Source: Pseudogymnoascus verrucosus (lineage: Eukaryota). From it: DNA of 26,840 nucleotides. Location: NCBI GenBank assembly GCA_001662655.1, contig KV460248.1, one strand, 5' to 3'. Made by a program: the position numbers and the translations under genes. Below the pieces are notes generated by a model. The model was not told where the DNA came from. It ran no database searches and worked only from the letters and a program-made list of their open reading frames with translations. Positions 11,938 to 23,009 of the stretch are shown here, piece after piece. Position 1 is the first letter of the stretch; each line of letters begins with the position of its first letter.

Positions 11938-12771
11938 TTGCCCGTCATCTCCTGCCATCCCGTCCCACAACTGGGCGGCTACCATCGTGACTTAATGAAC
12001 TCCTACATCACGACTCTAAAAAATACCCTATCCTATTTCTTTTGTAATATGCGACGGATGGGTCGGAAAAGTTAGGGGCTTTGACTCTTTTTGCCTTTGG
12101 CGACTCCTTGGCGCGAAGACGGACCGTTTCCACAACTCCGTGGCTCTGCTTTGATTGTACAACTAGATTGGAGAGATCATTGTTTGGGGGTCATTGATAT
12201 GACGCAGCATCATAGGAATTGAGGCCATCGTGGTTTTATTTTCCCATGTGCTGTTTTTATCGTGATGTGGTTAGCTTACCTGATCGGTATGGTTTTTAAC
12301 ACAACTAGACTATATTCTCACAAAAACATTCGCAAACTATATCATCTCCCAACTTGCTCCGTGTGCCACGCTTGAAAACGTAACATGTCCTATCTTTGCA
12401 TGCTGCCCAACAGTCCCATACCTCAATCTTCTCCACTGAAACATAATGAAACCCGAGCAAAGCATATTGAAGTATCTCGAATATTCGAACGTCCATAGTC
12501 ACCACAGTCCGACAGTGAAGTGATTAACCTAAACTCGAGTACGAGTAGTTCTTACTATATGTCGTTATGTGCTCCAACGGGATCACGGTTTGGTCACGTG
12601 CTGCATGGACTCCACTAGGTCGTCCAGCCCAAGGTTCGCGGACTAGCGCGTCGTGAACCAAATCGATGTAAACATACTCACCTCAAGAACTGCAGCATGC
12701 GACAATTGAGTTGACACATTCAACAGGTGAAGGCTGAGAACTTAACCACCTCGCTATTATTGGCTTAAATT

Positions 12772-13714
12772 ATGACGGTTTTCCCTTCTGAACAACCGCC
12801 GGTGGACCCCATACAGGTTGAGCTCGATGATGAACTTGACTCCCTCGAAGCGCGAAGTATATTTCCCCCACTCCAGTTGATAAATGGCCACGCTGACCGA
12901 ACCAACCACAGTTGCGGGCCTCCGTCAACGACGAATTATACAAACCGCAAATATCACCAATTCTCGCTCCTCGCAGACAATTCTGAAACGTCTCCGCTCT
13001 GCACCCAAATCACTCGAAACCGAGGATAACAATCCACTCAACAGTATCGCTAGCAGCAATTCGCAAAAACAGTTAACACACAACCAAGAATGTTTATATC
13101 GTATATGCTCCGGAGTTACAACGTTCAAAGTTAAAGACCCAGATCCATGTTCAATCGACAATGGCGCTGTCCTCGGGGTTCGCATCGAGGCCTTCCAGAG
13201 CGGGCGCTTTATAAGGCCATACTACGTGTTCCTGAATAGGCATCATCCAGACAGCAGTGCATGGCGTGTGCATAGACACACGGTGCCGCCTTGCATCCCG
13301 CTAGATTCGCTGGTAGACAGATATTTACCAGCGCCTACGCAGAGCGGCGATTTGCTGAAAGGGCCGAAGCAGGCATTACCTCGATTTGTGAAAGCTCTAA
13401 GGTCTCATATTGTTGCTTATCACAACCGCATTACTGTGATCGCTAGCATGCGGAGGGCTTTCGGACTCGGCGCAAATAAAGAGCAAGGGGAGGGGCGAGA
13501 ACTTATCTTTTCAGATATCAGTCCTGCTGATGCCGAAGCGAAACATATTAGGCTGGAATGGATGGATGGGAGAATTGGGAGAGCAGTGATCAGCTCGAAA
13601 GGAAAGATACTCAAATGCGTTGTGATAGGAGAAGACGGACGAGACCGAACGACCGAGAGGGTAGTCTTGGGCGGTGGCGGCCGCGTTGAGGGAATTACAG
13701 GAAGGCTCCTCTAG
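12772..13714 (+). CDS. MCM21: Inner kinetochore protein CENP-O/Mcm21 family; exons 12772-12856 and 12912-13714, about 295 aa
   Basis: LYRICSGVTTFKVKDPDP...VLGVRIE, PYYVFL and VHRHTVPPCIPL match fungal CENP-O RWD-region motifs. N-terminal coiled coil (ELDDELDSLEARIAGLRQRR). The 55-nt intron (GTATAT..GCTGAC..CAG) restores frame. Confidence 0.82.
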
Positions 13715-14100
13715 ATGTAATGAGGGCCGTATATTTGTCACGGTGGAGTACTGGTTGTTTAAGATACCCGGAGCACGTAAACTGAGTGTTGTTAATATTA
13801 TGGATGATATTCAATTGCCATTTTACGGCCACCATGTCTCACTAATCGAGTGCAATGACTTGACCACCACCTAGGGGTCCCGGATGCTATTCCAATGAGG
13901 TATGCCTTCGAAGCCATAAATAGGTTCTGGGACGTGAAATGCGAAGTGGAAAGCAGATTCTCCAGCCAACCTACCCCACGTAACCAAAGGCGGTGAAGCA
14001 TAGAGTCCCATGAGAATCCGGCAGAACTTTCCACAAACCTATCCATACCCCTCCACTCAGCCCATTGTTGAGCCCAGATACGACATTTGTGCTCCTAACA

Positions 14101-15049
14101 ATGTCGCAAATTCCGCATCTCCTCTCGCCATACGTTGCTCTTCCGTCCGAATCATCCCTTGTTCTCCTCACTTCGGTCCTTGGTGCGAGCACAAACTGGC
14201 TTGTCCTCCGGTACCTCCAAAGCTACCTTGGCCAAAACCTCGAGTCCCTCAGCATTTACAATGAAACTGAAGATGGAGATACTACCAAGGTGCTACTTGT
14301 TAGCTTTATGAGGGATTTGGCGTTCTGGAAGGACGGGGCTCGGAAATTAGTACGCTGCTTGATGTGGTCAACATATGCGCCTTTGCTGATCTTGGAAACC
14401 AGGGCCTTGACCTCGATAAATTGGCGGCGAAGAAGAGATTTGCGTTTATTGATGGGCTGAGCGAACTGTATCTGGAACCTGCAAGGTCGAAGACCGGCAC
14501 ACGTGGCGCAAATGCTGTACGGGGGAACGAGCTGGGGAATATACATAACACCGTGAAAAACACTCTCAAAGAGCTGCAGGCCGGCTCTGGGAAAGTGGTC
14601 TTGGTGATTGATCAGCTTGATCTGTTACTGGCAACGAGTGGGGATAAGTTGGATACGGTAGCTTTGGGAGATACGTTGGTGGATTGGAGACTGGTAAGCA
14701 ACTCTAAATGTTTTGAAGTAAATTATGAAATACAGGGCTAATGAGGTGACAGTCCGCCCATTCAACAGTATTAACACTTGCCGCCGATACACCATTGGCA
14801 GCTGGGCATGATACACCACTGGAGACAAATCATGCGGCACTTTTATTGAGTCTTGCGCACCATGCAGATCTAGTGATGTCGTTAAGGCTTCTGGATACAG
14901 GAACAGCAAGGGATGTAAGTGGGGTGTGCCGGATTACGACAGGAGATGCTGAGGGTAGGGGCCAAACTGAGCAGAAAGCGGAGGCAAGAGAACTCCTATA
15001 TTTTGTGGGAGGTGACAGTGCTGTCAAGGTGTTTGAAAGAGGACAATAA
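14101..15049 (+). CDS. ELP6: Elongator complex subunit 6 (RecA-like fold); exons 14101-14349, 14403-14693 and 14753-15049, about 278 aa
   Basis: LLTSVLGASTNWLVLRYL, VLLVSF, RFAFIDGL, LVIDQLDLLLA and LRLLDTGTARDVSG, with terminal V(K)VFERG. Two phase-0 introns (GTACGC..GCTGAT..CAG; GTAAGC..GCTAAT..CAG) link three ORFs. Confidence 0.88.
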
Positions 15050-15387
15050 TGGATATCTGAGGGAGAATCGGAACCCGTATGTAATTTGGATAGAATACAT
15101 AATACCACGTCCAACGAGCCCGTGATATATGGTTAGAAACAAAGGCGTTCATCTAAATGTCCTGCCTGGGACCGTCGTATCTGTCGTATCTGTATGACCA
15201 GATCTGTCGATCGCGAAAGACGATAGGTATGGGCTCGAATCATTCACGCACTCTGCCAGATCTTGACGTATTGCAATTGATGGCATTTGCTAGTAGCTCC
15301 TTTATTTGTCGAGGAATAACACAAGCAGGCACCTATCGATCCCCAATCACTCCGTCCACAATCCCATCATGCCATAATGTAACTCCC

Positions 15388-15921
15388 TTACTCGGTCTTG
15401 GGCGCCGCCGCTGGGCCCCTCGAGTCCTTGGGGACACCGGTCTGGAAGCCGTTCTTGAACTTGCGGGAAACGGTCTTGAGGTAACGCATGCGTCCGGATC
15501 CAGTGGTCTTCCGTCTCTTGGCCTTCTCGGACCAGTTGTCTGCAGTATTGTTAGTTTTGCACTCCAAACGAAATTCTAGCCTTTCTGAAGCCATGTCGAG
15601 AGATAGATTGTACGCACATCCTCTAATCTTTGCTGCTGGGTATCCGCATGACGAGCAAGTGTGCTTCTGGACGTGGAGGGATCGGCGGCCTGTATTCATC
15701 GAATTAGTTCCTGTCCTCTTGAATCCCTTCCTCAACCTCAATCCAGCCCAATCCGCCGCGCTGTATCCTTTATCTCAAGATCCGGAGAGTACTGACCGCA
15801 GCGTCTGCACAGAACGTGCGACTTGTTGTGGCGTTTTCCGAAAGATCCGGTTCCCTTCGCTGTGAGGATGTTAGTGTATGATTCGCGGTCGTGGTCGTCT
15901 GATTTGTGGCAACGTACTCAT
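15388..15921 (-). CDS. RPL37: 60S ribosomal protein eL37; coding exons 15921-15918, 15859-15797, 15689-15618 and 15539-15388, 96 aa
   Basis: The spliced product is [68 protein letters not shown]..., with a C4 zinc finger. Three introns (58, 107 and 78 nt) have GT donors, CTAAY branch sites and CAG acceptors. Confidence 0.97.
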
Positions 15922-15933
15922 TTTGAATAGGAA

Positions 15934-15989
15934 CTATTGATGATAATCAGCGTCTGGAGGTGATTCGATTTCGTGCAGGGTTATCTTAC
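15934..15989 (-). other. Predicted 56-nt 5'-UTR intron of RPL37
   Basis: The minus strand reads AAG|GTAAGA...GCTGAT...CAATAG|TTCCTATTCAAAATG, with donor, branch site and acceptor at typical spacing. Confidence 0.7.
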
Positions 15990-16580
15990 CTTGTCGGCTG
16001 GTTGATTGTCGTTATTTTTGTCGTGGTCTTTCGTGAGGCTGATGCTTCGCGATTCTCTGAAAGTTCACACGCTAACGCACTATTAGGGCATCAAACCCAC
16101 GCAAAAACATATTTAATTAGCCGTACTCGGCTCCACTATTCTTACAACCAATCAAGAATTCGCTTGTAGGACTTTAACCTCAGGTCACATGATGGGCCCT
16201 TGAATTCTACTTTTGGAGATGGCTGGAAGCGTTTGTTAAATCCAGTATACTCAGATGTACAAAGCGAAACAGAGTTAATGGAGTCCTCGGCTCTAAAGAT
16301 GATTACTGGAAGAGTAGGGCCTAGCGACGATATCCCTTGAGCCACAGCTAGCAACTAGCACATGGAACCATCGAACGAGCCACTGCTCAGGCAGTTATTC
16401 ATGTTCAGTATAGGTCTTCGAAGGCTCCGGGAAGGTATTTTATCTTGCAGTTGCAGCCGTAAGCTATCGATTCGATTTATTTCTGCCATCCTCCAGAGTA
16501 AAACAACTACAATAAGGCCTAACTGTAACGCCAACTTCCCACATCCAAACGCCCATTCCAATCGTAACACATGGTATCAT

Positions 16581-17471
16581 TTAGTTTTCAACATCCAGCA
16601 GAACCTTCAAGCCGCCCTCAACGCCTCTCCACCATCTTCCCCTCTCTTCCAAGTCATCACCATTACCTCCCAATGCGTCTTCTTTCCGCCTCTTCGCATC
16701 CCTGGCTAAAGCTGTTGTCCCTTGCCTCTTAACTTCCAACGGTTGCAGTTCTGCCTCAAGTCTCTCCACGGCTCTGGCTTTTCGTGGCAACTCCGACTGT
16801 AGCTTCTCCAGTATACGATCAAGCTCTGCAGATTCCTTCTCCTTGTCTTCTACCAAAGCCATGGTCTTGTCCAACGGCAAGCTTAAATTCGCGCTCGGAC
16901 CTGGTGCCTGAGCCGCCTGCAGTTCCGCTATCGAGGCTTGAAGATAGTCGATCTTCTCTGGCAAGTCCTCTAGCTGCGATGTCTGCAGTTTTATTGCTTC
17001 GTGCTTCTGACTTAGTTCCCTCCCTTGCCTCTCTAGTTCTGCGACCATGCCTGCGACGTCGTTTTTCTTGGCTTTGAGAGACGCTTTGACTTCAGCGAGC
17101 TGTTCTTCCAGTTCAATATTCTCGCCATGCTGAACTATGAACTGCGGTTCGCCTACGATGGCGCGTATGAATTTCTCTTTGGTGACTTGTTCGAGGTACG
17201 AGAAGCGCAGTTTGGAGAAGAGTTCCTGAGGGTGGTCAGCAATTATACCGATGCTACTAGCCCACAGATGTCAAACCTTGTAGTGTGACAAATCATCTTG
17301 AAGGCTTGTTGGAGTGGGACTTTCGAATGCATCCTGAGAGGCATCTGAAGTGCGTGCAGCTGTGTCTTGGAGACTAGCTGTCGAAATAGGCTTGCTGATT
17401 TTGATAATTGAGAGCTCTTCGGTTTGCAGCTCCTTGAGCGCACTCAAAGTATCGCCATACACATTGACCAT
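16581..17471 (-). CDS. sos7: Outer kinetochore coiled-coil protein, Sos7 (Kre28/Zwint-like) family; exons 17471-17277 and 17225-16581, about 279 aa
   Basis: The splice yields DLSHYKELFSKLRFSYLEQVTKEKFIRAIV, the conserved Sos7-type block, followed by long coiled coils. The 51-nt intron reads GTTTGA..GCTGAC..CAG. Confidence 0.78.
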
Positions 17472-17723
17472 ACTGATCGCCCGTAAAAAAACACTTGTGC
17501 TTTAATGTATCTTATTTGGTGGTGTCTTGTTTACACGTCAAACGCGATACTGCCATCCGCCACCGACCGCATTAGCTCAATTCGGCAGGTCCTGACGTGT
17601 AGTCTTCGGCAGAATCAAGCGGTCAAGCGTTTATCGTGGCTTTCCTGTCGCAACATGACGCCTCCTACAGATTCAGTATTTCTGTGAAATGTGAATGAAG
17701 AGGCAACCTCTAGGATATTCAAT

Positions 17724-18865
17724 ATGCCCGACGACTTCAGCGATGACCAGATTGCCGCGATACTGAGCAAAGAGGCTAAAGAAACTTCGATAAAATATTC
17801 AGCACAGGGCATGTCCGCATTTCTACCTTCCAAGTATGTCATTAAACACTACACGATCTCTCACTTGCTAATGTTATGGACAGGCCTCCCGCCAATAAAC
17901 CAAAACCAAACACTCGTTTCCTCCGCAATCTTGTCCGAGACACAGACTCGCATAATGCAGCGCTACTCGCCAAGGAAGCCGCAGAGTCGCGTAATCGTCT
18001 CGAGCAATTAGTCACGAAAGACACACGAAGAGCAAACGATATTAGGCGTCGCCAGCTTGGAAGCATTACTGCGGTTTTAAACGGGAATGCGCCAAAACGA
18101 CAGAGGACTGATGGCGCGGCTAGGCCAATGCGCGACGAGGGAACCTCCTCTGGTGGTTTGGAGGAGAGGAAGGATCGGTCGACTGACACCGAAGACTATC
18201 GTCGGGATAAGGGAAGGGGAGTGCGCAAAGATGACGAAGATATGAAAGATGTATCATCGTCAAAGGACAGGCATCGGTCGCATCGAAGCGAGTCAAAACG
18301 TCTAAGCCATCATGAGAAGCATAGGTCTCGGCATCGTTCAAGATCCCGCTCCCCTGACGAAGACAGGAGAAGTAGGGATCCGAAACGACGGGAACGTTCG
18401 CCTGGGCGGCGTTCACTGCTCTCTTCCTCCAGCCGACGTGATGAGAAATCATACGACAGAGAACGGCGGCGAAGACCTTCACCTCAGGCGGATTCGGATT
18501 CGGATCCTCTGGAAGCTATAGTCGGTCCCCTGCCGCCACCAAAGGTGAAAAGCCGTGGCCGCGGCACCGTATCGTCAACCTCTGGAATTGACGCTCGGTT
18601 CTCGGAAAACTATGATCCAGCGCTTGACCTAGTACCAGAGAACCATGAAACCGACGGCAATGGTGATGACTGGGAGCTAGTGCTAGACCGTGTGAAATGG
18701 AAGCAACAGGGTGCGGATAGGCTCAAAGCAGCTGGGTTTACGGAAGAAGAAATACAGGGATGGAAGAGTGGGAAGAAGGCAGAAGTGAAGTGGACAGCAA
18801 GTGGAAAGGAGAGGGAGTGGGATAGGGGGAAGCCTGTCGGTGGCGTCGACGGTAGCGCTGAATGA
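17724..18865 (+). CDS. Conserved fungal Arg/Ser/Asp-rich protein (family often auto-annotated 'pre-mRNA splicing factor 38B-like'); exons 17724-17833 and 17884-18865, about 363 aa
   Basis: KPKPNTRFLRNLVRDTDSHNAALL, an RS/RD-rich middle, DSDPLEAIVGPLPPP, RGRG, and C-terminal GADRLKAAGF...VKW..G.EREWDRGK. The 50-nt intron reads GTATGT..GCTAAT..CAG. The gene model is solid; the function is uncertain. Confidence 0.75.
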
Positions 18866-19525
18866 GGAAGGCTTGATGCGGGAAGTGATTCGAGGATGTG
18901 AGGCTTGAGAACAATAGCACAATCGGGATAGGAAAATATAGTTTTGGTGGGACATGGTCATCATGGGGGCCAACGGTATCATAAACGCTAGCGGAGCTGT
19001 GTCGAACGGTGAAGATGGGCGCCACGCGAACCAGAGCCCCGGAATAGATTCTGGTTGGTAAATGCGTTGGTGGTTACTATGGTTTTTTGAGAAGTTATTG
19101 TTACGCTGCTTTGGTAGGTAGATTTTTGTTGCATTTCTCGGAATATTCTCCACGACCCACGTTGTCTCGCTGGCCGGGCCGCGGACCATGCCTTTCAAGT
19201 CCCCACAAACGCACGTCACAGTCGGGTTCGCATTAGGACCCTGTACCACGCGCAGCACTGGATCGCTCGTAGAATAATACGGTAATACATATCTCATATA
19301 GTATGGTACGGTAGAGTATCACAGGACGTATAGCTGTACTTGTCACGGGAAAAGAAAGACAGAAGAGAAACGGAGAGGTTGTCGACGCGTCGAGATAAAA
19401 TAAGATGACAAGGAGCAATTCAGGAGACCCTTTAGACCATTTTGGTGGGGGGTCTGTCAAGGATCGGCGGGACAGCCGTCAAAGCAATGCATGCATAGCG
19501 AAGGTACCCTTGTTAGGGACTAGAG

Positions 19526-19565
19526 CCACTATAGCCACCACTATAGCCACCACTACAGCCACCAC
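19526..19565. repeat. 12-bp tandem repeat (CCACTAYAGCCA)x3.3
   Basis: ccactatagcca ccactatagcca ccactacagcca ccac. Confidence 0.8.
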
Positions 19566-19867
19566 GTCGCAGGTTGGTGGGTCTTGAAGAGGTTAGAAGG
19601 GTTCGAAGGGCCAAAGGGTGCTAGTCCCCTGTCTTTAGAAGCAAAATTGTAGCCCCTGAACGAATTGGACCGACTGAACACAAACCATATCTCCTCTTTT
19701 GGGCACAGCGGCTATAGAGTAGTACAAAGTTAGTATGGTAAGGGCGAGAAAGGAGGACCGCCAGAAGTAGAGTACAAAACAAAATAAATTGCCATAACAT
19801 GATTGACATGATTCAGGTGAGGAGGTTTGTCTGGGGTATAGAACGGTTTATACGCCTCAATTGCATG

Positions 19868-20068
19868 CAATACTACCTACAATACTACAATACAATAGTA
19901 CATAAGAGCTTCTAGATTTATACCATACCATAACTACACTCTATATACTGTACTATACTATACTATACGAGTAACGAGTAAACTGTACCGTAGCGCCCGG
20001 TAGAGTACTGTTGTCATACAAGTACGCTACCCTCCGCGGTGGTCAGTGGTCGTGTCGTGTCGTGTCGC
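19868..20068. repeat. Degenerate pentanucleotide microsatellites (TACAA/TACCA/TACTA and CGTGT) upstream of the septin gene
   Basis: tacaatacaa, taccatacca, tactatactatactatac and gtcgtgtcgtgtcgtgtcg are visible directly. Confidence 0.65.
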
Positions 20069-20363
20069 GCCTATTGCTTCTGGTCGCATTGGGAAGGATT
20101 AATTCCCTCTTCTCACCACCAGCCTCCCCCCTCCCACTCTCTTACCTCTCCCTCCTCATCCTGCGCAAGCTGGGAACATTCTTTTCCCACTACACCCCAC
20201 GCTGTAACAAGCTTGGAAACATCATAATTCTTTTCTGTCAATCGCTATCCTTTACAATCTTCCCGTCCGTCTCTACCGTTCTCGACCTTCACCCCTTGCG
20301 AACCCCTGGTGGTCTCCCACGTCCCATCACCTCACGACAGCTCCATCCACCCCATTCATCAAA

Positions 20364-22088
20364 ATGGTGAGCAGCAGCAGACCACGAACTCCGAGCGGAG
20401 GTGTTGCGCCACCCCAGGACAAAATACCAGCGATTCCCGATAGCAAGAATGTGTCAACACAACAACAAGAGGCCCCAAGAAGGTCGAGCTTAGGCTTACT
20501 TCTGCGACGATCCAAGTCCGGCGACTTCGGCAGCAAGGGAAGCAAGAAACACCAGGCTCATGTGCGCGAGCTTGAATTGAAACGTCAACAATGGGAAGCC
20601 GCCAACAAGCCAGCTCCGAGCTTACCAGTTCTATACAACGGGGGTGCAGCACCAAAGCTACAGACCTTCGGTGGTGAGGATCACGGCGCTGACCACTACG
20701 AAAACGGACGCGCCTCTATGGATCCTGGCATGAGATCGGGGAACATTCCAATTCCACCGATACCCTCAAATGGGGCTAAGAAAGGTGAATGGGTTGATCC
20801 ATATGCGCGAACGGAGAGCATGACCCACCGCGGTCGGTATAGCTACGCAAGCAGTGCCGTCAGCACCATCAACAGTCCTCGTCGTGTGAGGAGGAGGAAG
20901 GATCCCACACCATTCAAGTAAGTTTATATAGCGTGTTAATATTTTATGACATAACAACTAACACAACCCAGCATTCTCATTATCGGAGCTCGCGACTCAG
21001 GCAAGACCTCATTCCTCAATTTCCTTAAGAGCTCTCTTGCACTCCCAGCAAAGAAGAGAGGCACTCGCCCAACCGACTTGCCCGAGGATGTATTTGGGGC
21101 ACAAGCAGCGAAGACAGGCAACTTCATCCCTCATTACATCGAGACTGAAATCGACGGAGAGAGGATCGGTCTCACGCTGTGGGACTCGGAGGGCCTAGAT
21201 ACGACTGTTGTGGACCTCCAACTTCGCGAGATGTCATCCTTCCTCGAAAGCAAGTTTGAAGAGACCTTCACTGAAGAAATGAAGGTTGTCCGCGCACCGG
21301 GAGTTCAGGATACACATATTCACTGCGCTTTCCTCATCATCGACCCAGCTCGCCTCGACAAGAATATTGCAACTGTGAAAGGAAGAGCCTCCAATGACCA
21401 GGGCAGCCAGGGCGATAAATACGCTCCCACTCCCCGTTTAATTGGCGGCTTGGACGAAGACCTCGATCTTTCTGTCCTCAGAACCCTCCAAGGAAAGACC
21501 ACTGTTGTGCCAGTCATCTCGAAGGCCGACACTATAACGACTGCTCACATGACCCACCTCAAGAAAACTGTCTGGGACAGTCTTCGCAAAGCGAACTTGG
21601 ACCCACTCGAGGCTCTAGGACTGGATGATGACTCTTCTGATACTGTCAAAGACTCGAATCGCATTGATGAGCAGGATGAGGATGAGGAGGGCTCGGAACA
21701 TAGCGGCAACAACTCTTCGGGTCCAGACCTGCCTATTCAAAATCCAGAACCGTCCTCCTCACCTCAGTCTCAGAACCGCCGATCGTCGGGATCAATCAGA
21801 CATCACAAGCGTCAGCTGTCAAGTGAGAATATGACGGCAACTGACGAAATTCCTTACCTACCACTCTCAATTATCAGCCCAGATATCTACGAGCCTGGAG
21901 TTATTGGTCGCAAATTCCCATGGGGTTTTGCTGACCCATACAATGTGGAACATTGTGACTTTGTCCGCCTCAAGGATGCAGTCTTCTCCGAATGGCGCGG
22001 CGAGCTACGCGAAGCAAGTAGGGAGCTATGGTACGAGGGGTGGAGAACAAGCAGACTGAAGCACCGCGAGGGCCCGGCCAGGCGATAG
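20364..22088 (+). CDS. Non-core septin-family GTPase, probably group 5/AspE-like; exons 20364-20917 and 20972-22088, about 556 aa
   Basis: Polybasic RRVRRRK precedes G1 (FNILIIGARDSGKT), then G3 WDSEG, DTHIHC, G4 VPVISKAD and the septin-unique element GRKFPWG...EHCDFVRLK. No C-terminal coiled coil. The 54-nt intron reads GTAAGT..ACTAAC..CAG. Confidence 0.88.
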
Positions 22089-23009
22089 TCGAGGATGCTG
22101 CATATTTCCGCAAAAAAATACTTTCTATTTCGGTCTAAACGGCAGGCCTTTTGTTTCCAAATTATTTTGTGTCATTTTGCATCCATGCGTCGGTCGCATT
22201 TGGCACGGCAGGCTGATGATCGAGAGCGAGCAAGCCTTCCGCTACATTGTCCCTTTTCCAATTTCTTTTGTGTAGGAACCTCACACCATGAGGACTCATT
22301 GTTTGAGTGGTCCAATTGATTTGTTTCACTTACTTACGTTGCCAAGATGCAGTAAGATCTGTTTTGTTTATGACCATTCCATCGTTCGATACCATCGATC
22401 CGGCAGCGTGTGCGTGTATAAGTTGTGTGTTTCACAGTCTCCTTTATATGGTGGATACTGAAAATCGAGGGGCAGGCGATTTAGAGTTTGTAGTGATCGC
22501 GGCGACGAGTAGCTTAGCTGCAATCAATTGATAAAACAAGTCTTCGTGCCATTGCTTGTAACAATTCCCCAGGTATTAGTTAACTGGTGCTTAACTAAAT
22601 TGATCCTATTGCATCTCATAACGTAACCGACTTAATTGCTCACCAAGTGAAACTCACCAAACTTCAGTGTAGTTTGTACGTGTATGATGGTCAATATCAG
22701 CGGGATTGCCAGTCAAATCATAAAAAAATGTCTGAACTGCCACCTATAATTTCATCGTTTTAATAAGTTCACGCCAATCTCGATATAATGCATCATCCAG
22801 ATCGTGGTGTTCTCCCCCGTCAATTGGGAAGGGCTGGAATTAAGCGCGTATATCAACAGGGGCAGATGCTGTTGGCAATCTCGGAAGCGATTTACCCAAC
22901 CAACTGCCAAGAGACTGGACCAAACGGTATATATTCTTCAAGATCCTCTAAATATGATAATGGTCGGTGTGCTTCCCGCGACAGAGGGAGATAGATCTTC
23001 CGCAAAATT

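Noticed and set aside
12884..12911. In-frame ATG at 12884 as the CENP-O start (likewise 17876 for the RS-rich gene)
   Set aside because: Both lie inside well-formed introns, and the upstream exons supply plausible in-frame N-termini.
15690..15796. The longer 107-nt RPL37 intron as a snoRNA host or twin intron
   Set aside because: I found no C/D box pair or H/ACA layout and no internal donor-branch-acceptor set. A single splice gives the right frame.
18683..19297. 204-aa minus-strand ORF
   Set aside because: It overlaps the 3' end of the RS-rich gene in antisense, and has no motifs or coding-like composition.
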